Assembly (NCBI GenBank): GCA_965140475.1
Contig: OZ223243.1
Span: 29,642-93,641, forward strand
Reading direction: 5' to 3'
DNA from: Arcobacteraceae bacterium
Lineage (GTDB): Bacteria > Campylobacterota > Campylobacteria > Campylobacterales > Arcobacteraceae
DNA length: 64,000 nucleotides
This document shows positions 19,801 to 27,746 of this stretch, piece after piece. The position numbers and the translations under genes are program-made. Position 1 is the stretch's first letter, and each line of letters opens with the position of its first letter. Below the pieces are notes generated by a model. That model did not search any database, was not told where the DNA came from, and worked only from the letters and a program-made list of their open reading frames with translations.

Positions 19801-20328
19801 TTAATAAAACTTATGAATTTCTTCCATAATATTACTAAATTCTATATCTTCACCTTTTTCTTTCAAAAAGTTTATGAGGTATTTTTCACTTGCATCTATA
19901 CCCTCTTCTTGTTCAATTTTTAAAAGTTCTTTATACAATTCAGATATAACTTCAATTACATGTTTTGATATACTTTTCCTTGAAGCTGTATATCCTATAA
20001 TTTCATGAGTATCTGTATCTCGTCTTGATTCAAATTCTGTAAATATCCAATAATATCTTCCATCTTTTGCTAAGTTTTTTACTACTGCATTTATATTTTT
20101 ACCTGTAGATATAGTTTGCCATAATAATTTAAATACAATTTTTGGCATATCTGGATGTCTAATTATATTATGAGGTTGCCCAAGAAGTTCCTCTTTGCTA
20201 TACCCACATATTTCTATAAAATAATCATTACAAAATGTAATTCTACCTTTTGCATCAGTTTCGCTAACTATATATCTTTTTGGGTCTAATTGAATCTCTT
20301 CATCTAGTACTAGTTTATTATTTTTCAT
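19801..20328 (-). CDS. Stand-alone PAS domain protein, Aer/CetB-like (FAD-type PAS)
   Basis: GRITFCNDYFIEICGYSKEELLGQPHNIIRHPDMPK...KNLAKDGRYYW closely mirrors the Aer PAS signature (NIVRHPDMP). No TM segment or output domain. Confidence 0.8.
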   Translation of the reverse strand: MKNNKLVLDEEIQLDPKRYIVSETDAKGRITFCNDYFIEICGYSKEELLGQPHNIIRHPDMPKIVFKLLWQTISTGKNINAVVKNLAKDGRYYWIFTEFESRRDTDTHEIIGYTASRKSISKHVIEVISELYKELLKIEQEEGIDASEKYLINFLKEKGEDIEFSNIMEEIHKFY

Positions 20329-20379
20329 TATATTCTCCCATTTATAAGTCTAATCAGTGCATCTGAAACTTCATTAAAT

Positions 20380-20832
20380 CTAAATACTCTTTTTACCATT
20401 ATATTTTTTAGAAAAATTTATTGCATCTTCTTCATTTTCAATAGCTACTAAATCATCGCCTGATGGTGAAATTGCACGACTTCCATAAATATAAAAAGCC
20501 TCTCTAGCATTTATTAATTTCATTGTCACATAATCAGTTACAATGATATCTTTTAAATCTTTTTCACTTTTTACACCAATATCAAACCACTTTCCAGGTC
20601 TATGATAAAACTCTATTAAAGATTTCGGACTTGAAAAAAAGATTTTTTTACCATTATTTAGTTCTATTTTGGCTGCCCATTGTGGATCTTTATAGATAAA
20701 AAAGTTTCTCACTAAACACCTAGTTTCCTTAGTGTAGTCCATTTGATAATTCATTGGAGCTTTCACTAGCAATGAATTTGAGCTATAAGCAACTGATATG
20801 AATATAAATATACCTATTAATAATTTGAACAT
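20380..20832 (-). CDS. nosL: NosL-family periplasmic protein with degenerate metal motif (paralogue 3, terminal gene of nos operon)
   Basis: Sec signal peptide without a lipobox. RCLVRNFFIYKDPQWAAKIE...FFSSPKSLIEFY aligns by eye with the CPVCGMF..YPKWAAQI...F motif I recall for epsilonproteobacterial NosL. Confidence 0.6.
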   Translation of the reverse strand: MFKLLIGIFIFISVAYSSNSLLVKAPMNYQMDYTKETRCLVRNFFIYKDPQWAAKIELNNGKKIFFSSPKSLIEFYHRPGKWFDIGVKSEKDLKDIIVTDYVTMKLINAREAFYIYGSRAISPSGDDLVAIENEEDAINFSKKYNGKKSI

Positions 20833-20860
20833 TTTATTTTCCTTTTTGTTAAATTTATTA

Positions 20861-21688
20861 TTAAACTAAATCTTTTCTTTTAAAAATTTTAAATCCAAGA
20901 AAAGAAAAAACTAAACCTAATACAACAGGATACACAATAGAAAGAACTACAAAAGTTGTTTGCTTCATTGAATCTAAAATATAAAAGGCAACAGGTCCCA
21001 TAACTGTTAACTCAGGATCAAACAATGAGATAGCAGCAACTCTGAATATTTCCATAGGATTTATCATAGCAATAAATATAATCAATTGATCATCGAATCT
21101 TTGGCTCATCATTAAAGATATCAACGCAATATCTATAAATGCTAATAAAATTATCCAAACAAAAAAAGCAATCCCAAGTGCAACTTCACTTGATTTTACA
21201 AATGAAGAGATGAAAAAGGCAATTCCTAAAAAGACACTAGACATAGCAAATAAAAGTCCAGTATATAAAAAGAATATATCCCACGGTATACTAGCACCTT
21301 TAATTATTCCATATATTATAGCAACAACCATAGCAAATAATACAGGCAAATAAACAGTGATAAATCTTCCAATTATTTTACCCCAATAATATTGCTTAAG
21401 TGAAATAGGGAAAGATAACATATACTCTAAAATATGATTATCTCTATCTCCTGAAATTGACCGCACTGTGGTTATAAGTATAAATATAGGTAAAATTACA
21501 ATTGTAATTTGAATATACATAAGTAATAATCTACTTAATCCACTAAAGCCCATTACTTGTGACTCAGTCACTCCTGCTATAAAAAATATAGCTATCAATC
21601 CACCAAATACTAGTGAATAAATTAAAAACCATTTTGCTCTGATTGATTCTTTCAAATCTAAATATGCGATTAAGTATAAATTTTTCAT
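20861..21688 (-). CDS. nosY: Nitrous-oxide reductase maturation ABC-2 permease NosY
   Basis: 275 aa with 6 TM segments, an ABC-2 type permease located within the nos operon. Confidence 0.8.
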   Translation of the reverse strand: MKNLYLIAYLDLKESIRAKWFLIYSLVFGGLIAIFFIAGVTESQVMGFSGLSRLLLMYIQITIVILPIFILITTVRSISGDRDNHILEYMLSFPISLKQYYWGKIIGRFITVYLPVLFAMVVAIIYGIIKGASIPWDIFFLYTGLLFAMSSVFLGIAFFISSFVKSSEVALGIAFFVWIILLAFIDIALISLMMSQRFDDQLIIFIAMINPMEIFRVAAISLFDPELTVMGPVAFYILDSMKQTTFVVLSIVYPVVLGLVFSFLGFKIFKRKDLV

Positions 21689-21690
21689 TT

Positions 21691-22143
21691 TTAATATCCT
21701 AATATTTGTTTTCTAATTTTTGGATTTGCCATATGCTCACCCCTTAACATTCTCGTTATAACTTCTTCAAACTTAATACACTCACTACACTCATTTTCAT
21801 GGGCAGAAAAACCATACAACATTGGTGTTTTTGCATCTATTGCAAAATTTGCTCTAAAAGGATCTATATATTTTTTTGTATCATTTGAAAAAATTCTAGT
21901 TTCTGTTTTTTTTAAATCTATTTTTTCTTTTTTAGCCCATAAGATCATACACCCTATATCATCAAAATATACTATCTCATCATCGTATTTCATATCAGCC
22001 GTGTGTATATTTGTATCTGGTAATTTCATATTACATTGTGGGCAAATTCTTACTTGCTTCTTATTTTGATTACTATTTGCATTGCATCCAATATATAAAA
22101 ATACAAATAATACAATTAAAAATAAATTAGATAATAGTTTCAT
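21691..22143 (-). CDS. NosL-family copper-chaperone-like lipoprotein (paralogue 2), inserted between nosF and nosY
   Basis: Lipobox LYIGC, CPQCNM followed by FDDIGC, and LYGFSAH. Overlaps the nosF 3' end by 17 nt and ends 2 nt before nosY. Confidence 0.75.
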   Translation of the reverse strand: MKLLSNLFLIVLFVFLYIGCNANSNQNKKQVRICPQCNMKLPDTNIHTADMKYDDEIVYFDDIGCMILWAKKEKIDLKKTETRIFSNDTKKYIDPFRANFAIDAKTPMLYGFSAHENECSECIKFEEVITRMLRGEHMANPKIRKQILGY

Positions 22144-22768
22144 CTGAAATAATTTTTCCCATATCCATATAAATTTGTCTATTTACAATCTCTTCAACTT
22201 CTTCCAGCCTATGCGTTACAAATAATAATACTTTGTCATCTTCATTTTGTTTTAAAAGTCTATAAAAATCCTCCCTTGCTTTTGGATCAAGATTTGCTGT
22301 TGGTTCATCATAAATAATAATAGCACTTTTTTTTGCTAAACTAATAGCAATAAGAAGTTTTTGTTTCATACCACCACTTAGTTTAAAAAAGGATTTATTC
22401 ATATTCTCATTTATATCTAGTTTCATCTCATTTGCATAATGTCGTATCAACTCTTTATCTACTTGTGCACTTACACTAATATACTGAATTAATTCCGCAA
22501 TACTTAGTTTAATAGGTGGTGGTAATTGAGGAATAAAACTAATATTTTCCAAAACTTTAACTCTTTGTTTTATTGGATCTAAACCATTGATTAAAACATT
22601 TCCATTATCAGGATGATAATATCCTAAAATAGATCGAATAAGTGTAGTTTTACCCGCACCATTTGCACCCATAAGTGCTATATAATCATTTTTTTTAAAT
22701 TCACAACTAATATTATTTAATGATATATGTTGTCCAAACTTTTTTGTAAGATTTTTAACTTTTATCAT
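22127..22768 (-). CDS. nosF: Nitrous-oxide reductase maturation ABC ATPase NosF
   Basis: Walker A GANGAGKTT, signature LSGGMKQK, Walker B IIIYDEPT, in nos operon context. Confidence 0.88.
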   Translation of the reverse strand: MIKVKNLTKKFGQHISLNNISCEFKKNDYIALMGANGAGKTTLIRSILGYYHPDNGNVLINGLDPIKQRVKVLENISFIPQLPPPIKLSIAELIQYISVSAQVDKELIRHYANEMKLDINENMNKSFFKLSGGMKQKLLIAISLAKKSAIIIYDEPTANLDPKAREDFYRLLKQNEDDKVLLFVTHRLEEVEEIVNRQIYMDMGKIISDETII

Positions 22769-22770
22769 AA

Positions 22771-23676
22771 TTATACTAATCCTTTTAATCTAAAACCAAA
22801 ACTAAGAGCATCTTCATGACATACATCTATACACCTACCACATAAAGTACAATCAGCACCTGTAATATACTCTTTAGTTATATTTTTTTCTTCTCTTTGT
22901 TTATCATATTTAGCTTTTGTAATCTCTAATACCTGATTTTCAAAACATACATCATGACATACCATACAATGATCACAGTTGTCATTCCACTCTATTCTGA
23001 GTGCGGAAACTTTACCCACATATCCATAAGTAGTCCCTATTGGGCAGATATAAGTACACCATGCTCTTCTTGAAAAAAACACTTCCATTGCAAATACAAC
23101 TACAACCCAAATAAGTGCTACACTCCAACCATAAGCTACCATTCTACTTAATATTCCAACTACATTAAAAGTTTCAAATACTAAATAACCACTTGTAAAG
23201 GATAATAATAAAAATATAACCCAAAAAATATATCTTACTCTATGGTCAAATTTTCTATTTTTAATTATTTTTTTTGATACCAGTGTGTTATGCCATTTTT
23301 CACCAATTTCGCTCAGTATTCCATACGGGCAAACCCAAGCACAGTAACTTCTTCCACCAAGAAGTAAATATACTATCAAAATTGTTACCGTACCTATTAT
23401 CATATTTATAGGCAAATGATAAGTTGCCAAAAACATTTGTATCGTCATAAAAGGATCAATCATATGAAATCCTAAAAATCTTGAACCACTTAGTGTCCCT
23501 TCTAGCATTTGTAAATCTATAAAAAATGACAAGAAAAAGAAAAGGTGAATTGAAATTACTAAAACCCATCTTTTCATTCTATAACTAAATATAGATTTAC
23601 CCTCTTTTGTTTTATCAAAAAAAGTTGACCAAAAAGTTGTTTTCCCTATCGTTTCTCTGTTGTTATACTTATCCAT
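22771..23676 (-). CDS. nosH: NapH-like membrane-bound 4Fe-4S protein NosH
   Basis: 4 TM segments plus CAWVCPYG, CTYICPIG, CDHCMVCHDVC and CTLCGRCIDVC. Position matches the Wolinella-type cluster. Confidence 0.85.
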   Translation of the reverse strand: MDKYNNRETIGKTTFWSTFFDKTKEGKSIFSYRMKRWVLVISIHLFFFLSFFIDLQMLEGTLSGSRFLGFHMIDPFMTIQMFLATYHLPINMIIGTVTILIVYLLLGGRSYCAWVCPYGILSEIGEKWHNTLVSKKIIKNRKFDHRVRYIFWVIFLLLSFTSGYLVFETFNVVGILSRMVAYGWSVALIWVVVVFAMEVFFSRRAWCTYICPIGTTYGYVGKVSALRIEWNDNCDHCMVCHDVCFENQVLEITKAKYDKQREEKNITKEYITGADCTLCGRCIDVCHEDALSFGFRLKGLV

Positions 23677-23708
23677 AAAAAAACTCCATTTATATTTGGC
23701 TAAAAAAT

Positions 23709-24215
23709 CTATTTAGCATTATTTAATGCTTTAGCTCGTGCTGGAAATTCACCTATCTCTTTTGCTAATTCTCTTAAATCTTCTTTCTCAAGTGACATTA
23801 AAAGTCCTTTCATAACAACATTTTCTTTTCGTCCTGCTTTAAAATCAATTAAGTCTTTAAAAAGTTTTTCTTCTGTTTGTCCTATAAGTTTAGGTCCCAT
23901 CATTGGTTTACCATTTTGAAAACCAGAACCATTTACTCCATGACAAGAAGCACATTTACTTTTATATTTGTTACTAACTTTAAATGCACCTGCATTTCCA
24001 GCTTTATCTCTTAATGCAGTTAAAGCATCCATCTCTTTTTCTCTATCATCTTTCTCTAGAGGGTTTTTTGTAGTTTCAGAATTTTGCATTGTGTCACCAA
24101 AATCTTTAATAATTTTACCATGTTCACCACCATGATATGCTCTACCATTTGATGCTGTATATATCATAAGTCCTATAACTATTAATGTCGCTAAACCTGC
24201 TATTATATTTTTCAT
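23709..24215 (-). CDS. nosC2: Monohaem cytochrome c NosC2
   Basis: N-terminal anchor or signal, single CASCH haem motif, ATGA-type overlap with nosC1. Confidence 0.8.
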   Translation of the reverse strand: MKNIIAGLATLIVIGLMIYTASNGRAYHGGEHGKIIKDFGDTMQNSETTKNPLEKDDREKEMDALTALRDKAGNAGAFKVSNKYKSKCASCHGVNGSGFQNGKPMMGPKLIGQTEEKLFKDLIDFKAGRKENVVMKGLLMSLEKEDLRELAKEIGEFPARAKALNNAK

Positions 24216-24820
24216 TGTCTTGCTCCTAATTCTTCTATCTTTTTATTGAATAAAAATATCTCAGTAGATATATCTTTAATATCTTTATCTGTCATTTGTT
24301 TAATTAAATCTACCATCAAAGGATTTGATTTGGTTCCATTTTTAAAATCATTAATTGATTTATAAATAAATTCAGCATCTTTACCCAAAAGAGATGGTCC
24401 AATAACACCATTTGCATAGTCATCATGACATGCACTACATTTTAATTTAAAATTTGTACTTAACTGTTTAACGATTAACGATATTTGAACTCTTTCATAC
24501 GGACTTCTTATATGCATATTTGCATCTAATACTGTTCTTGGTTTTACACGAACTGAAGCATCTTTGTTTGCAGGTCTTGAATTTTCATCATAAGAACTTT
24601 TCACATTATAATCATAATAATATGCTTTTCCATCTTTTGTTTTTATTTCTGTTTTTTCTTTTTCTTCAACTTTTATTGCTTTTGGATTTGCATTTGTTAC
24701 AACTTCAATTTGAGGAGTAGTAGTTTTAATATTTTGATCAGTACTCTCTTCTTTTGTTTTATCTCCACACCCAATAAATACAAATAGTGTAATCAATAAT
24801 AGTGTTATATTATTTTTCAT
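24212..24820 (-). CDS. nosC1: Monohaem cytochrome c lipoprotein NosC1
   Basis: Lipobox FIGC and a single CSACH motif. Overlaps the nosG stop. Confidence 0.8.
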   Translation of the reverse strand: MKNNITLLLITLFVFIGCGDKTKEESTDQNIKTTTPQIEVVTNANPKAIKVEEKEKTEIKTKDGKAYYYDYNVKSSYDENSRPANKDASVRVKPRTVLDANMHIRSPYERVQISLIVKQLSTNFKLKCSACHDDYANGVIGPSLLGKDAEFIYKSINDFKNGTKSNPLMVDLIKQMTDKDIKDISTEIFLFNKKIEELGARQ

Positions 24821-25563
24821 ATTCTCATTCCTTTAATATAATAATCTTCATAAGATAATCGTGGTTTAATGATAATAGATGGTTGTGCAGTAGGACAAAC
24901 TTCTTGACATACACCACATCCTGTACAACCATCATAAATCTCTGGCTTGTTTATCCCTGCTTTATTTCTAACCATTGCAATTGCGCTAAGAGGATTTGGC
25001 ATAGGACACATATCTGCACATAAGGTACAAGGTTTCCCTTCATAACCATCAAATTTTTCTAATACTTTCTTTTCATATTCTGTTATATTTGTTTGATTTT
25101 TTATGAACTCTTTCATCTTATTATCATAACCTGCAGGTACAGGTTCATTTCTAACAGCTAAACAAGTTCTTTTATGTTCTAAAACTGCTATTCCCATTTT
25201 AATATCAGTTGCTTTTTCTGTATCATGATCCAAAGCACCACTAGGACAGGCCAATACACAAGGTACTGCCTCACAGGCATAACATCCTCTTTTATTTGCA
25301 TCTATAAAAGGAGTTCCAACACCATGTCCTTTTCCAAAATCTGATAACTCAATAGAATGATATGGACAAACTTGAAGACATTGACCACATTTTATACATA
25401 ACGCTAAAAACTCTTTTTCAGCAACTGCACCTGGTGGTCTTAATCTATTTTCAGCTTTTACACCCATAGGACTAAAAACCATTCCTCCACCACCAACAAG
25501 TGCTAATATACCTATTGTTGAGTATTTAATAAAATCTCTTCTATCCGTCTTTACTGTTGCCAT
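24817..25563 (-). CDS. nosG: NapG-like periplasmic poly-ferredoxin NosG (Tat signal)
   Basis: Twin-arginine RRDFIKYS and four Cys clusters including CIKCGQCLQVCP and CTGCGVCQEVCP. Confidence 0.88.
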   Translation of the reverse strand: MATVKTDRRDFIKYSTIGILALVGGGGMVFSPMGVKAENRLRPPGAVAEKEFLALCIKCGQCLQVCPYHSIELSDFGKGHGVGTPFIDANKRGCYACEAVPCVLACPSGALDHDTEKATDIKMGIAVLEHKRTCLAVRNEPVPAGYDNKMKEFIKNQTNITEYEKKVLEKFDGYEGKPCTLCADMCPMPNPLSAIAMVRNKAGINKPEIYDGCTGCGVCQEVCPTAQPSIIIKPRLSYEDYYIKGMRI

Positions 25564-25565
25564 TT

Positions 25566-26786
25566 TTAATCCTTTATCCTAACTTTTGGTTTTTCATCTT
25601 CCATTAAAAATACTGGAGTAGAAAAAGGAGCTAGTTTTGCTAGAAAATTTAATATTGAAATTACAGGAGAACCATAAAAGAATTTTACATTTGGATTGTA
25701 TATCCATAATTGATCTGCATATTGATAAACTTTATGAGGAGTATCCCCTATATTATCATCATTCCTATCAAATCCTGTATAATTATCCCAATAATTTCCA
25801 ACTATTTCATTTTCATTTGTTTTAGAACCCCTACTATCATTGACCACATCTTCAATATTTCCCATAATCACATTTTCTTTAATAACATTATTCTCACTTA
25901 AAGAGTGAAAATGTATAGCCTCACTGTTATATAATATTTTATTATTAGTTATCCAATTATTTGTACCTGGTTCAAAAGGTGATCTATCTACATATAAACC
26001 TTGAGCACAATATATTATAGTATTATCTTCAATTCGAAAATTTGACACATCTTTAAGTCCAATCCCCATACCTGTAGCCCCTAAAGAACTTTTTACAATA
26101 TTTCCAGTAGCAATTGTATCTTGTGAATACATAAAAAAAATACCAACAGAATTATATTTATATGTATTATTTCGTACATAATTCTTTCCTGCATACATAA
26201 AATGTAAAGAATATCTACCATATTCTCCATAATTTTCTTCTATTATATTTCCATGAGAATACCAAATAACCATATCCCTTGATTTTATCAAAGAATTTTT
26301 TTTGATAATATTATCATTACTATACCAAAGTCTTAAACCATCACCTCTAAGTCCTAAATCATAATCTTTTGATGTGATTGTATTATTTGAAATTATTGAG
26401 TTAGAAATTTGCTGAGCATCTATCCCAAATAAACAATCATCAATGATACAATCACTTACTTCACACTGTTTACCATTGCTTAAAGTAATTGCAGCATCTA
26501 ATTGATGATGTAAATTACCGCTATTAATTACTTTTAAATTTTTAAGTGTTACAAAAGAACTATTAACTTTTATAACAGTTCCAACTCCTTGCCCATCTAT
26601 AATAACACCCTCTTCTTTACCTATAATTGTTATAGGTTTATTTATTACAATATTTCCTTTATATACTCCTGCATTAAGTTGCAAAATAGAACCCTCAGGA
26701 ACATTATCAATTGCCTCTTGCAAAATATTTGTCCCCGCAAATAACGAAAGAGATAATAAGCAAATAGTAATAAATATTTTTAGCAT
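25566..26786 (-). CDS. nosD: Periplasmic beta-helix copper-maturation protein NosD
   Basis: Signal peptide and repeated right-handed beta-helix N/G/I-rich units. Position between nosB and nosG. Confidence 0.85.
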   Translation of the reverse strand: MLKIFITICLLSLSLFAGTNILQEAIDNVPEGSILQLNAGVYKGNIVINKPITIIGKEEGVIIDGQGVGTVIKVNSSFVTLKNLKVINSGNLHHQLDAAITLSNGKQCEVSDCIIDDCLFGIDAQQISNSIISNNTITSKDYDLGLRGDGLRLWYSNDNIIKKNSLIKSRDMVIWYSHGNIIEENYGEYGRYSLHFMYAGKNYVRNNTYKYNSVGIFFMYSQDTIATGNIVKSSLGATGMGIGLKDVSNFRIEDNTIIYCAQGLYVDRSPFEPGTNNWITNNKILYNSEAIHFHSLSENNVIKENVIMGNIEDVVNDSRGSKTNENEIVGNYWDNYTGFDRNDDNIGDTPHKVYQYADQLWIYNPNVKFFYGSPVISILNFLAKLAPFSTPVFLMEDEKPKVRIKD

Positions 26787-26801
26787 AATAATTACATTAC
26801 C

Positions 26802-27584
26802 TTATTTACTAGTTTCATTCATTGCTTTTTGTTTGGCAAAAAAAGCTAATAAACTCAATAAACTAATACCAATAATCATATAAAAACCAATTGTAGGATA
26901 TGAATGAGTTATAAACTGTGCAATCTTACCATCACCAAAAACTGTTGGCATAAAAGGTTTAATCTTAAATGCTCCCCAATCATGTAAATTATGTCCAAAC
27001 CAATATAACCAATATGAGTAATCCGCTATAAAAAGAATTGGCAATGATGCAGGTATAAGCATTAAATAATTTAATATTCTATTGTTATATAAAATAAAGT
27101 AAACCATACCTAAAGACAATGCAAGTAATGCATATATTCCTATCTCTCTTTCTATAGTTCCACCTACCCACATAGGATCCATACCAACATAGTGATTAAT
27201 TGTATTCATCTCATGAACTTCTCCACTATACCCATCAAAGTGAAAAAACACAGGGATACCTTCAGGAAATGCTTCTTTTGGGTAATTTGGTGCTTCCAGT
27301 GAAACAGCCCAAATAGGAAGTGAGGCTACCCCTAATTCTGACTGTGTTTCGATCATTTTTTCTAAATTGTTATGAGCTTCCTTATCTACAGTGACACTTT
27401 TGTATCTACCTTGATTATAAAAATTCCAAACCGCTTTACTAAAAGAAGATACTTCATCTCCTTTATTTTCGTGAACTTTGTTTAAAACTCCATGAAAAGA
27501 AATCATTGGAAACGTAAATGAGACTGTTAAAATAATAAGAGCCAATAAGGCAAATACTTTTGCTTTGTTAAAACTTGAATGCAT
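26802..27584 (-). CDS. nosB: Membrane protein NosB (start moved to ATG 27584)
   Basis: Polytopic membrane protein directly after nosZ, as in clade II clusters. AAGGAA lies 5 nt before ATG 27584, whereas the track start at 27629 has no SD. Confidence 0.75.
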   Translation of the reverse strand: MHSSFNKAKVFALLALIILTVSFTFPMISFHGVLNKVHENKGDEVSSFSKAVWNFYNQGRYKSVTVDKEAHNNLEKMIETQSELGVASLPIWAVSLEAPNYPKEAFPEGIPVFFHFDGYSGEVHEMNTINHYVGMDPMWVGGTIEREIGIYALLALSLGMVYFILYNNRILNYLMLIPASLPILFIADYSYWLYWFGHNLHDWGAFKIKPFMPTVFGDGKIAQFITHSYPTIGFYMIIGISLLSLLAFFAKQKAMNETSK

Positions 27585-27670
27585 GTTCTTCCTTTTTAAT
27601 TTAAATAAATATAAATTTATTAAAATCATACTTATTTAAATTATAATTTTTTAAATAGTATATATAAATG

Positions 27671-27720
27671 ACTATAACTAATTTCGAGAGAATATAACTT
27701 GACAATAATCAAGTTATATT
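27671..27720 (-). promoter_or_regulatory. Crp/Fnr-type box TTGATTATTGTCAA inside a perfect 12-bp-arm palindrome, plus -10 TATAGT
   Basis: The minus strand reads TTGAT-TATT-GTCAA (27712-27699), then 22 nt, then TATAGT (27676-27671). The palindrome AATATAACTTGA/TCAAGTTATATT spans 27691-27720. Confidence 0.6.
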
Positions 27721-27746
27721 CATTTTATTAAACAAAATTCTATATT

